Both the position numbers and the translations under genes were made by a program. Below the pieces are notes generated by a model that worked only from the letters and a program-made list of their open reading frames with translations, ran no database searches and was not told the DNA's origin. Of a stretch of DNA of 64,000 bases, positions 16,691 through 30,600 are shown piece after piece. The DNA is from the human T2T-CHM13v2.0 reference genome, Homo sapiens. Within the stretch, counting starts at the first letter, position 1; each line of letters starts with the position of its first letter. The DNA lies in assembly GCF_009914755.1 (NCBI RefSeq), contig NC_060936.1, one strand, 5' to 3'.

Positions 16691-18827
16691 TCCACAATCT
16701 CTGCAGATAAATATCCACCTAACAGAGGTGCCTGCTAAAGCCATGGGTGTGTTTGTAAAACTCAGTGGAGTGTGCACAAGGAGGAAAAAGGCAGTCGGAA
16801 GGGCCCATAGAGGGAGAGAAGAAAAGGAAAGAGCACAGGAGACAGAGAAAGAGCACCACCAGGGCGGGAAGAGAATCAGAACACACTCCGCCACGCCAGC
16901 TCATGGAATGAAGATGTTCAAGAAAACATACATGATAAGCAGAATGAAATCGTGTATGGAACTAAAGCTGGACTAGTTCTGCAACAATAGAGTGGTGCAG
17001 ATGCCAGTGGCAAAAGAGGGAGGGAAGAGTTATATGTTGGCTGACTGACACTACCTGTCTGATGAATTGCCTGTTTGACAGCTTTGGTCACCCTCACTGG
17101 CCACTTCATGGTGGTCACGATAACTCTGGTGTCTAGGACTTGGGAAACATTGACCTTTAGGGTGAGAAAGAAGCATCCCTCTGTGGACATGAAAATCATA
17201 TGCCCAGGGTCTCCTGGGACCATGGAGTTTACAGAATGCTGCCCATTGTCAGAGCAACAGTCCTGACACCTGGTCCTGACCCTATCTTCTGCAGACAGAA
17301 TATGAAACACAGAGCTGTGTTTATCAGCTGTGTGAGTTTTGTTTATCATTTGATGGAAGCCACTTTGTTGCATTCCTGTTACCAGTACAGGGAGCAGCCC
17401 CAGCTTCCCGGTCCTCTCCTCCCTCCCTCTTCCTTCCTCTTTGCTCCCTTGGTGTTGCTATACCCTGGGCTTCCTGGCCTTCGATCACAGGATTCCCACT
17501 GTTGTGAATGCCCTTCCTCCTCATCCCATCTCTACTTGGCAAAATCCCTTTCTTGTCCTTCAAGACTGATACCTCCTCCATGAAGCCCTCCCCAGTCTTC
17601 ACAGGTGAACATCACCCCTAGCGTTCGGCACTCCTATTCCACTTGGGTGGAAACTCTGTTTCCCTAAACACCAGGGAGGAAGTGTTTGGGGCATGTGTCG
17701 TCTCCTGGGAGACAAGAACATAGACCAAGAAATAAACCCACCTATACAAATAAACACAAAGCCTGCGCAAAGTCTGTCCCATGTAAGTGCAGAGGGGGAC
17801 ACAGTGGGGAGAGAAAAGTGACCAGACCCTCTCCTCCCACCTACAAAACAGCCCTGCCCCTCTTCCCTTCTGAGATCATCTTTAGGGTAGAACAACCTTG
17901 GCAAAGTGGACTGCGTAGCCCCCCAGACATTGGCTACGAGCAGCCCTCCCAGGCCCCACTATGCACTGTCTGCCTTCCCCACCTTCTGAGAGCAAGTGAC
18001 CTGACAGGCCTCCAGACAAATGCCCACTGCCTTTGGGCCAGCCGCGCTCTGAGCCTTCCCTCCTCTTGGCCTCTCTCCACCTCAGCAGCCCCTCTCCTGG
18101 GCTCCAGTCCCAATGTCTGACCACTCTCTCCTTATCCCTTTCTCATTCTTTATCTGTTACTGTTTCTTTCTCTGACTGCCCATCTCTCTCAGACGCTGTC
18201 CTTGTCCTTCCTCACCTCTCTTCCTCACTCCCTAGTCTCACTGACTGAAATGAAAATCTTCCAGAGAAAACAGATAGTTTTCCTTGCACACAAGAAGTGA
18301 GAGGTTGCTAACAGATCCTGGGAAACTAGGGAACAGACCCGAAGGAGACAAGATTTTAGGATATACTGAGCCTCACAGAAACTTACACACGTTCTAACTG
18401 TTCTAACTGCAGATCCAGTTAGAACTTGGGGTGAAAGCACCCATCATCAGGATCCGAGAATCCTGAGTCAGAAATACAAACTGTGCCCTGGCTGGTATCT
18501 GAAACTGGTGGCGTATATTATTGTTACTGTGCACCTCTATCAGTTAAAAAATGCACAGTCCTTTCAATATATGCATATCTACTTATTTACAAATCATAAA
18601 ATAAAGAAATAAATAGAAATATCATCAACTATGGCAAAGAATGCTCGCTGTCTCTCAACATCCTGTTTACCTTCTTCTACAGTATTAAGCCCCCGACATG
18701 TCGGCTGGGCCTGTAGCTACTCAAAATTCAGACTCTGTTTTCCATGCCCTAGCAGCTGGGCAGAGCCGTTTGGGTCACGTTGTGGAGACTTCAGCGGAAG
18801 TGATATGTACATTTTTTTAACCTGCCC

Positions 18828-19239
18828 TGCTATAGTTTGGATGTTTGTTCCCACAAACCTCATGTTAAAATTGGATCCCCAATGTTAGAGGTGTTTGGGT
18901 CATAGAGGTGGATCCCTGAGAAATCGCTTGGTTCTGTTCTCGCGATACTGAGTGAGTTCTCACTCACTAGCTCCCGCCCGAGCTGGTTGTTTAAAACAGC
19001 CGGGCAATCCCCACCGCCCCTCACTCATTGTTGCCTCTCTCACCACGTGATGTCTGCACACGCCAACACCCCGTCCCCTTCCGCCATGAGTGGAAGCAGC
19101 CTGAAGCTCTCACCAGAAGCGGTGTTGGTGCCAAACTTCTTGCACGGCCTGCAGAACGGTGAGCCAAATAAATCCTTTTTTCTTTATAAATTATCCAGCC
19201 TCAGGTATTCCTTTCCTGCAACACAAATGGACGAAGACG
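18828..19239 (+). mobile_element. MSTB MaLR solo LTR
   Basis: tgctatagtttggatgtttgttccc start; gagtggaagcagcctgaagctctcaccagaagc; aataaa; ccagcctcaggtattcc end. Confidence 0.9.
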
Positions 19240-19810
19240 ATCCCCTATACTTCACTTTCTTCATGCCGCCCCCTGGAGCATGGACTGGGGAGCAAGCTCT
19301 CTCGGCCTCTATGGATAAGGACAAATCAAAAACTGTTGAAGCAACAGGAAAGGGAAGACACAAGTCTTTGGATAGTCTGATGGAGCAGAGACGTTTTAGC
19401 GGCCTGGGTCATCTGCCTGTGGACACTTCTACCTCATTTGGGTGCGGCTGTCGTGAAACAGAATCTATATTTTAACCATGTTGTGCTTTTAGAATAACAT
19501 TGCGCATATCACGAAACACCTGTAAAATATAGACTCTGAAAATATTAGTATTTTTAAATCAGCTTTTAATTTTAGAATAAGTGTAGATTTAGAGAGAAGT
19601 TGTGGTTCTTATATACCCACACCCAGTTTCTCCTATTATTACTGTAATATCTTATATTACTATAGTACATTTGTCACGATTAATGAACCAATATCAATAT
19701 TGTTAACACATTATTAATAATAATTATATTGATACATCGTTAACATTATGTTATCGTTAACATATTATTATTGGTACATTATTATTGAAGCCCCTGCTTT
19801 ACAATGGTAT

Positions 19811-20027
19811 TTTCTTTTTTTGAGACAGAGTCTCACTCTGTTGCCCAGGCTGGAGTGCAGTGGCACCATCAGGCTCACTGCAGCCTCAATCACCCAGGTG
19901 CAAGTAATCCTCCCGCCTCAGCCTCCCGAGTAGCTGAGGCCACAGGTGTATGCCACTTTGCCTAGTGAAATTAAAAAAAAATTTTTTTTAGAGAAGGGAT
20001 CTCCCTATGTTGCCCAGGCTGGTCTTG
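19811..20027 (-). mobile_element. AluJ, truncated
   Basis: Antisense right arm plus part of left arm. Confidence 0.85.
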
Positions 20028-20126
20028 AATGATGGTGTTTCTGAAATCAATAGAAGTTTACCGTGCTCTTTCTAACCCCATGCATCTCATGCAGTCCCCA
20101 TGGTGTATATACACCCCATGGGAGAC

Positions 20127-20301
20127 TATTGTGGGAAATAGAGGACCGGAGAGACCGACATGGGGAACAGTAGGATTGTTTATTTAAGTTGCTAACTGGC
20201 TCAGCTTTTTGGATATGAATCCACTGAGCTGGTGCGTACCTTAAATAAACAATCGTCCTGTTCCCCATATCGGTCTCTCTGGTCCTCTATTTCCCACAAC
20301 A
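20127..20301. mobile_element. Fold-back element made of two inverted ERV LTR 3' (R/U5) ends
   Basis: 62-bp inverted arms 20127-20188 and 20240-20301; right end AATAAA...ttcccacaaCA is LTR-like; AGAC on both flanks. Confidence 0.75.
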
Positions 20302-21339
20302 AGACCATTGCCTTTAATGCTTAAGCCCCTATATCAAGGGCTGTCAGTCTTCTTCCTCGTCACGCAGCATAGGAATGAGGCACTGAAAGGGAGCATCAGT
20401 GAAAGGAGGCCAAGCGTTCCATATTAGAGTCCAAAGAGTTTAAATACTGTGCAGGTACTAAGAAATAGAGTGGCTGGTGTCACTAGGGATGAGTTCAGAA
20501 AGCTTCTTGGAAGTGGTACCAGGGAAGCCAGGCATTGCTAGGAGACACAAGGACTGATGAAGAGAAGGGTGTGGCATTTCCAAGGTGGAGATTAGCCCAT
20601 GTGCAGACCCCAGGAGTGGGAAGGAGCAAAGGTGAGGTGTGGGTGGCAATGAGGTGGAATCTGGGTTGCCTGAGGAACGTGGGCTGGGAAGCAGCACAAA
20701 GCAAGGCTAAAAGTCAGAGTGATGGGTGGGAGACTTCTGCCCCGAGTCTTGGGTACTTTCCTTGTTGCAGAGCCTGTCTGCATTGCTCGAAGCCCAAGGC
20801 ACTGTCTGTTCTGCCAGGCTCTGTGTGTCCTGGCTCCTCATTAAAGCAGTGGGATTTTTCCTTGACCCTTGGGGGCCCATGTGTCTGGAGGGCAGCCATA
20901 ATTTTGGAGAAAATTTATAGCAAGACTCCCTTTTCCTGGACAGGCCATGAGATAAGAGCTATCAGGAGAATTAAGGCTTTTCTTCTGAAATATAGACTGA
21001 ATGTATCCAGAGCCTACATGACATGTCCCTTACTGACAGCTTCTGTTTAAATTCTGATTCCCAGAAAAGAGGAGGAAGAACAAGGTTTTATGTGGCTGTG
21101 CAGGCAAGGTGCCTGTGGATTGGAGGAGTTCGGGAAGCAGTGCCTCTGAGATCAGCTGCATTGTTTTCTCATTTGAGGACAAATTAACCCAGGGAGTTGT
21201 GCCTGATGGCCTGGCATCCTCACTATCACCTAGGTCTGGTCTGTAGAAACAGAGGCATAGAACAAGGAGGTCACAGATAGTCTTGAAGGAAGGAACATAA
21301 GGCCTCATAAATACCTGGGGTTTTGAAACCACCTGCTTA

Positions 21340-21450
21340 TTTGTGTAGACTGTGAGCACCCCTGAGGATGGAGGCTGGGTCTTACTCATTTTGGATCTCC
21401 AGCCCGGTGCCTGGCATGTAATATGTGCTCAGTAAATGTGTTGAATGAAT
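21340..21450 (+). mobile_element. L2 3' end
   Basis: agactgtgagcacccctgagg...gtgcctggcatgtaatatgtgctcagtaaatgtgttgaatgaat. Confidence 0.8.
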
Positions 21451-22039
21451 TGTCTTTCCAACCACCACTTACCTCACTCATGGCAGAATCAGTGGGAGCC
21501 CGGGTATCCTGAGCCTGGGGTCTCGGCATCCTGTTCACTACACCGAATTGCTTCTGGGACCTCAGTCTCACTTAGCAGAAGTTCCAGCTACTGTCTGGTT
21601 CTGCCAGCCATCTTGCTCCTCCTCCCCGAGAATATCCACATCAGCCTCCTCCTCTGGTGCCTCACCCGGGCTGTTCAAGGTATGTGCTAACCAAGGCAGT
21701 TGCGTCCGCAGGGTTGTTGCTCATCTGGGCTGGTTAGCATCTGTCAGGCTGGGCTCTGGCCCCAGGCAGTCCTCTTGTAAATGGGAAGGTACAAATGAGT
21801 ACAGATGGCGTTGCTCAAATCCATAACTTTCCATGGATCCGTAGAGGGCAATGGTCTCCCCATGGGTACATATACCACAGGGGTGCACAAGACACAGGGG
21901 GTTAAGAAGAACAAGGTAAACGTCTACTGATTTTAAGAATACCACCATAAAGCAGGGGCTTAGTTAATAATAATGTATCAGTATTGGTTCATTAATTTTG
22001 ACAAATGTACCACAGTAGTGTAAGATATTAATAGTAAGA

Positions 22040-22404
<365 letters not shown>

Positions 22405-25400
22405 TTAGGGTAGAATTAAAGTCCTCCATAATCCGGCTGGAGCCTCCTGTATCTCCAGCAACATCTTTTACACTCTCACTTAAATCCTTACTCTGATCAC
22501 CTACTTCCCCCTCAAACATCCATGGCTCAGTCAAATTTAACACTGGCCATTTTTTAGACACAGCATTTCCCTCGCCTCTGCTCTAATCTCCCCATGCCTG
22601 GGAGTGCCATCCATCCATCTCTCCCTATGAAAATCCTAAATTCAGAGTAAAATTCCATCTCCTTTAAGCTTTCCTGACTCCTACATGCTGGGTGGTGATG
22701 AGAATCTCTCCATCCTCTGCATTTCCATAGCCGCATTTACTCCCCAGTAATACAGTTAGTTTTATATACACCTGTGTCCAGCAAGAGACAGTGAGCTTTG
22801 AGGGCCATGGATGTGGCCTCCTTGTTTTCTGCCTCCCTCACCCAGGATGGCCCTGGCACAGTCTACACTGAGGAAGGGTGAGGGCAAGGGCGAGTGGTCA
22901 GTAGCATTTTCTCTGTGTTGAAAGAGCAGCACTTTCTCATTAGTTCACACTATGCGTGAGAACATCACAAATGGACCATCCTTCCCTTAAGCTTGGTGAG
23001 ACCATTACTGTGCAAGGAGGTGAGGATCTTGCTTGGGAATCATGAGATTGAGCAGGGGTCATTTGAATTAGTCTGTCTGTCAGCAGAAGCATCTAGACAT
23101 GGGAGGAGGAGGCTGTTTAGGGCCCAGGCTGGGAGAAACTGGCTGGCCCAGTCCCTGGGAAAATCACCCAGATACCCAAGTGGGCAGGAGAGCTGAGTTA
23201 TGAATTCACAGGAGGTTCAATGGATCCTGAAGAGGAGAGGAAGCAAGTCCCTGTGAAGGGCCCCAGCCCCTCTTCTATCTCTCTCCTTCTCCCCATATCC
23301 CATTGCTGGGTTTTCCCTGCTATGTGGAAGCTGTGCATGCCCATGCTCCCTCCACTTGCTACCTCTTCCCTCCTGGAAGGATCTCCAGATATGCTCCCTG
23401 AGAAGATATATGAGTGGGTCGTAGCAGAATCGAGGGTATGCTGTTTGAAATCATAGGCCCTAAAGAAACCCAGTGGCCCCCAGAAAGTCACTGAGCCCAG
23501 AGCTTTAACAGAACTAGTTCCCGTCAGTGGCCTTCTCCTAAAATCCTCCATGCCTCCCTCCCCGCATTCCCTTTGTGCCTTTTCCCTCTAAATGCTGCTG
23601 GGATCATTGGATGGAAGGCGCTTGGCAGCGCTATGGCTTTCCCAGGCCCTACTAGGCCCCTAGACTCTGGGTACTGGTAACCTCTGCTATGACACAACCA
23701 TGACCCTTGGGCTTAGAACCAGAATCATTAAATCCATCTTTCTCTTCCTCTCCAAAGCGGGTGGAATGGATTGGCTTCTAGGAAGCAGCCGGATTTCCCC
23801 ACAGTGTTTGACTTCAGACTGGGCAGGAAAAATAGAACAGCCTGGGAAGAGCTGTTCATGCTTCCCTCAAAAAGGCTCGTCTCAAAAACATGACTAGCTT
23901 TTTCTCCATTAGATGTCAGATCCCGCACAGTCTCAGAAGAAAGTATTGGATCATGCACACTATCATAAGGAAGAATTGGCCAGGATAGTATAAAATCATG
24001 AAGAACCCCAAACCAATCCTGGATGGAGTTGGAGAACGTTATGATTTTCTTTTCTTTTCCTGAAGCTGACTTTCCTGACACTAATGAATATTAAAATCCA
24101 TGCATTCCCTGGTCGGGGATAGGGGAAGCTGGTTCCTGATGAGAATTGGCTGAGACAAGTCTCAGAATAGACATTCTACGTGGCAGTGTCCAGGAAGCCA
24201 TTCTCTGGAAAGTTTTTTAAAAGTTGCAGGAATAGAGGAGAGTCTAAGAGCTGTATGTGTTCCATATTTTCTCTGATTTGAAAACAAAACCAGTCATAAA
24301 GTACCAACGCTGGAAGACTATTGAATCTTAACCCTTCCTTAAGTAGATGAGGAAACTGGGACCCACATGGTGGGTAGACTAGGTCGGCTGCAGCTGAAAT
24401 ATGACGGCACATTTCCTCTCATCAAAACTTTGAGTCGTATACTCTTATACCACCTGGAAACCCACCTACCCAGTGCCCCTCACCAATGGCTCTGCAACTC
24501 CCCATAGATTTCTGCCCAATTGCTATTTTTTGCACCTGCTGAGTTTGTCTTTTTTGTATGTGTCATAATGTACACTTTAACGACTTATTTCTCCTGTTAA
24601 TCTAGAAGCTGGAAAAAACTGGGACCTTTGGGCTTCTTCTTGTAAACTCCATGTTAATGACTTATTAGCGTCTTGGCAAAAATACCTAATGACTTCTAAC
24701 TAACCTCCTACTGACAACTATCTCAGGGTTTAAGTTCTGACTCTGCTAGTTTCTAGCTATGCAATCTTTGGCAATTGACTTAACTTCCCTGTAGAAGTGG
24801 TACCTTTGCTTGGCAAAGGAGGGTTTTAGTCCCCATGACTGCCATAGCCACCCCCAAACATGCAATGTGTAGAGTAAAATCAACACAGAGCAAAAATCAG
24901 CTTCGGGACAAAACTTCCTGGTATCCCTGCAACCAAATTATAATCCATAAATCCCTGTCATAGGTTAACATTCTACAGCTGCCACTGCTCCCTTCCTCTA
25001 AATTTCCTCATCTGGAAAAGGGGGGAAATAATATATTGTAGGGTTTTTAAATTGATATCTAATATTTTACATATTTATAGGGTACATGTGATATTCTGTT
25101 GCATGCAGAGAATGTGTAATGATCAAGTTAGGATATTTGTGGTATACATCACCTTGAGTATTTTTCATTTCTATATGTTGGGAACATTTAAATTCTCTCT
25201 TCTAGCTACTTCGAAATAGACAATACATTGTTGCTAACTATGGTGACCCTACTCTGTTGTCAAACATTAAAACTTATTCCTTTTATCTAACTGTTAAGTT
25301 TGTACCCATTCACCAACCTCTCTTCTTTCCCCAACTCTTGCCATCCACACACCCTTCCCAGCCCCTGGTAAACATCATTCTACTTTCTACTTCCATGAGA

Positions 25401-27349
25401 TTAACTATTTTAGCTCTCCCACTTATGAGTGAGAACACACTAAACTTGTCTTTCTATGTCTGGCTTACTTCACTAAACACAACGACCTCCAGTTGCATCC
25501 ATGTTTTTGGAAATGACATGATTTCATTCTTTTTTTATGACCAAATAGTATTCCGTTGTGTATTTATACCACATTTCCTTTATCTATTCCAAGTGTCCGT
25601 CCCTTGGTGGACACTTAGGTTGATTCCATGTAATTGCTATTGTGAATAGTGCTGCAAAAAACATGTGAGTGCGGGTATCCCTTTAATATATTGATTTCCT
25701 TTCCTTTGGATAAATGTCTAGAAGTGGGATTGCTGGATTGTATGGTAGTTCTGTATTTAGTTTTGTGAATAATCTCCACACTGTTCTCCATAATGGCTGT
25801 ACTAATTTACATTCCCACCAAAGTGTTTAAGAGTTCCCTTTTCTCCACATCCTCACCTGCATCTGTTATTTTTTGTCTTTTTAATCACAGCCATTCTAAC
25901 TGGGTTAAGATGATACCTCACTGTGGTATTGATTTGCATTTTTCTGATGATTAGCGATGTTAAGTATTGTTTATATAACTATTGACCGTTTGTCTTCTTT
26001 TGAGAAACGTCTTTGTATGTCCTTTGCCAAATTTTTAATGGGATTATATGTTTGTTTGTTTACTGTTGAATTGTTTGAGTTCCTTGTATATTCTGAATGC
26101 TAGTCCATTATTGGATAAATAGATTTCTCCCATTCTGCAGGTTTTCTCTTTACTCTGCTGATTGTTTCCTTTGGTGTGAAGAAGTTTTCTGGTTTAATAT
26201 AGTCCCATCTGTCTATTTTTGGTTTTGTTGCCTATGCTTTTGAGGTCTCAGCCATAAAATATTTGCCTAGACCAATATTCTAAAGTGTTTTCCCTATGTT
26301 TTCTTCCAGTATTTTTATAGTTTCAAGTCTTATGCTTAAGTCTTTAATCCATCTTGAATTGATTTTTGTATATGGTGAGATAAGGGCTCAATTTCACTTT
26401 TCTGCATGTGCATGTCCAATTTTCTCAATACTATTTATTGAGCCCATCCATGAGCATGGGATGTCTTTTCAATTTGTGTCCTCTTCAATTTCTTTCATCA
26501 GTGCTTTGTAGTTTTCCTTGTAGAGCTCTTTTACATCCTTAGTTAAATTTATTCCTAGATATCTTAATAACTGTTGTAAATGAAATTGCCTTCTTGATTT
26601 CTTTCTTAATTATTGGTTTATAGAAATGCTACTGATTTTTGTATGTTAATTTTGTTTCCTGAAACTTTACTGAATTTATCAGATCTAAGAGTTTTTTGGT
26701 AGAATCTTTAGATTTTTTATATATAAGATAGAGCCATCATAAAAGAGGGACAATTTGACTTCTTTTTCAATTTAGATGCCTTTTATTTCTTTCTCTTGCC
26801 TAATTGCTCTGGCTAGGACTGCCAGTACTATGTTGAATAGGAGTGTTGAAAGTGGGCATCTTTATCTTTTTTCAGTTCTTAGAGGAAAGGCTTTCAGCTT
26901 TTCCCCATTCAGTATGATGTTAGTTGTGGGTTTGTCACACATGGCCTTTATTATGTTGAGGTATGTCCCTTCTATACATAGTTTGTTGAAGAGTTTTTAA
27001 TCATGAAGTACTGCTGAATTTTATCAAATGCCTTTTCTGCATCTATTGATATCATCATATGGTTTTTATTTTTCATTCTGTTTATGTGATGTATCACATT
27101 TATTTGTGCATGTTGAGCATCCTTGCATCACTGGGATAAATACCACTTGATCATGGTGTGTTTTTTTTTTTTTTTTTTGGATGTGCTGTTGGATTTGGTT
27201 TGCTATCATTTTGTTAAGAATTTTTGCATCTGTATTCATCAGGGATATTGGCCTGTAGTTTTCTTTTTTGGGTTGGGTCCTTGCCTAGTTTTGGGATCAG
27301 GGTAATGCTGTCCTTAGAGAATGATTTAGGAAGAATTTCTTTTGCTTCA

Positions 27350-27648
27350 CTTTTTTCTTTTCTTCTTCTTTTTTTCTTTTTTTGAGACGGAATCTCATTC
27401 TGTTGCCAAGGCAAGAGTGCAATGGCACAACCCCTGCCTCCCAGGTTCAAGTGATTCTCCTGCCTCAGCCTCTGGAGTAGCTGGAATTACAGGCACCTGC
27501 CACCATGCCTGGTAAATTTTTGTATTTTTAGTAGATACAGGGTTTCACCATGTTGGCCAGGCTGGTCTCAAACTCTTGACCTCAAGTGATCTGCCCACCT
27601 TGGCCTCCCTAAGTGCTGGGATTACAGGCGTGAGCCACTGTGCCTGGC
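27350..27648 (-). mobile_element. AluSx/Sz nested in L1
   Basis: Antisense Alu; flanking ttgcttca repeat. Confidence 0.93.
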
Positions 27649-30600
27649 CTTGCTTCAATTTTTTTGAATAGTTTGAGGAGAATTAGTGTTGGCTCTTCTT
27701 TGAATGTTTGGCTAAATTTGGCGGTGACGTGATCCTGTTCTGGACTTTCCTTTTTTGGGGAGATGTTTTGTTGTTTATTAAATCTCATGATTTTGTTATT
27801 GATCTATTCAGGTTTTCTCTATCTTCCTGATTCAATCTCCATAGGTTGCATGTGTTCTGGAATGTATCCATTTCCTCTAGGTTTTCCAGTTTGTTAGCAT
27901 ATAGTTAGTAGTCCTGATGATCTTTTGTATTTCTGTGATATCAGTTGTAAATTATTTTTCATTTCTGATTTTGCTTATTTGGGTCTTCTTTCTTGGGTCT
28001 TCTTTCTTTCTTCTGTTAGACTAGAAAGTGGTTTATATATTTGGTTTATCATCTCCAAAAACTAACTTTTCATTTGTTTATCCTTTTTTGTTTGTTTGTT
28101 TGCTTGTTTTTTGTTTTTAGTTTCTATTTCATTTAGTTCTACTCTGATCTTTAGTCTCTCTTTCCAACTACTAATTTGGGGTTTGGTTTATTCTTGCTTT
28201 TCTAGTTCCTTGAGGTGATTGTTATATTGTTTACTTGAAATGTTTCTACTTTTTTGACGTAGGTATTTATTGCTATAAGATTCCCTCTTAGCACTGCTTT
28301 AGCTGTATCTCAAAGGTTTTGGTATATTGTATTTTGATTTTCATTTGTTTCAAGGTATAAAATATAATTTTGCTGGGTATAGTATCTTTGACATACAGGT
28401 TTTTTCTTCTTTCAGCACTGAATGTATTATTCCATTCTCTCCTGGTCTGTAAGGTTTCTGCTGAGAAATCTGCTGTTTTTTATTTCCTGCTTAATTTCTT
28501 CCTTGAGCCAATGGTCATTCTGAAACTTGTTGCTTAATTTCCACATATTTGTACAATTTCCAAAGTTCCTCTTGATATTGATTTCTGGTTTTCTTCTGTT
28601 GTGGTCTGAGAAAATACTTGATATGATTCTAATTTTTAAAAATTGTTTGAGAATTGTTTTGTGTCCTAACATATGATCTATACTGAAAACTGTTCTGTGT
28701 GCTGATGAGAAGAATGAGTACTCTGCAGCTGTTTGATGACATGTTCTGTAAATGTCTGTTATGCGTATTTGGTGTAATATGAAGTTTGAATAAAATGTTT
28801 TTTAAATTTTCTGTCTAGATGATCTGTCCAATGCTGAGAGTGGGGTGTTGAAATCTACAACTATTAATGTATTAAAGTCTATCTCTCCCTTTATATCTAA
28901 TATTATTTGCTTTATATATCTGGGTGCTCCAGTGTTGGGTGCATGTGTGTTTAGAATTGTTATATCCTCTTGCTGAATTGATCCTTTATCATTATATAAT
29001 GGCCTTCTTTGTCTGTTTTTACTATTTTTGATTTAAAGCCTGTTTTACTTAAGTTCATCTGATATACTCCTGCTTGCTTTTGGTTTCCATTTGCATGGGA
29101 TATCTTTTCCACTTCTTTACTTGCAGTCTATATGTGTCTTTACAGATGAGATGTTTCTTGCAGGCAGCATATAGTTGGTCATGGTTTTTTTTTTTTTTCA
29201 TCCATTCAGGTAGTCTATATCTTTTAAATGGAAAGTTTAATCTATTTACCTTCAAGGTTATTATTGATATGTGAGGACTATTTCTGTCATTTTCATTGAT
29301 TTCTGATTATTTTGTATATCCTTTGCTCCTTTATTTCTCTCTTGTTTATCATTGTGATTTGGTGGTATTCTATAGTGGTAACATTTGAGTTTTTCCTCTT
29401 CCTTATTTGTATGTTTGCTCGACCAGTGGTTTTATATTTTCATGTGTTTTCATGATAGTAGCTATTGTTCTTTCACTTCCAGGTGTAGGACTCTCTCAAG
29501 CATTTCTTTCAGGGCCAGTCTAGTGGTGATGAATTACCTCAGCATTTACTTGTCTGAGAAAGACTAATTATCCTTCAGGTATAAAAGATAATTTTGCTGG
29601 GTATAGTATCTTTGACAGACAGGTGTTTTTTTTTTTTTTTTCTTTCAGCACTGAATATATTATCCCATTCTCTCCTGGCCTGTAAGATTTCTGCCGAGCA
29701 ATCTGCTGTTAGTCTGATGAGGGTTCCTTTATAGGTGACTAGATGCTTTTTTCTTGTTGTTTTCAGAATTTTCCCTTGTCTTGACTTTTGACAGTTTGAC
29801 TATAATATACCATGGAAAAGGCCTTTTTGAATTGTGCTTATTTGGGGATTTTTAGGCCTCCTGTATCTGGACGTCTAAATCTCTTGCTAGTCTTAGGAAC
29901 TTTTTATCTATTGTTTTGTTAAGTAGGTTTTCTAACTCTTCTGTTTTCTTTTCATCTTTTGGGACATTGAAAATTTGAATATTTGGTCACTTCTAAAGTC
30001 TTATATGTCACAAAGCTTTTGCTCATTATTTTATTACTTTTCTCTTTATTTTTGTCTGAGTAGGTTATTTCAAAAGACCTGTCTTTAAGTTCTGAGATTC
30101 TTCCTTCTGTTTGATCTAGTGTGTTGTTGAAGCTTCAGAAAGTATTTTGTATTTCATTCAATTAATTCTATCATTCCAGAATTTGTTTGGTTCTTTTTCA
30201 TGATATCTATCCCTTTGGTAAATTTCTCATTCATATACTGAATTATTTTTCTGATTTATTTGTATTGTTTTTCAGAATTCTCTTGTATCTCACTGTGATT
30301 CTTTAGTATCAATATTTTAAATTCTTTTTCCAGGATTTCATGAATTTCTTTTTGATTGATATCTGTTGTTGCACAATTATTGCGTTCCCTTGGAGGTGTC
30401 ATATTTCCTTGCTTTTTCATGTTTTCTGTGTCTTACGTCTGCTCATCTAATGTAACAGTAGCTTCTTCTAATTTTTTGAATTTGCTTTTGTGGGGAAGGA
30501 CATTTTCCTGAAGAGGAATCTATGGTGGTGGTTGGGTAGCGCACTTTGGCTTTGATTCTGGGTACACGCAGTAGTGCAGTTTCTGTATAATTTTTTTTGG

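Noticed and set aside
20096-20122. Short palindrome ggtgtatatacacc flanked by ccccatgg repeats next to the fold-back element
   Set aside because: Probably part of a decayed host element; too short to interpret independently.
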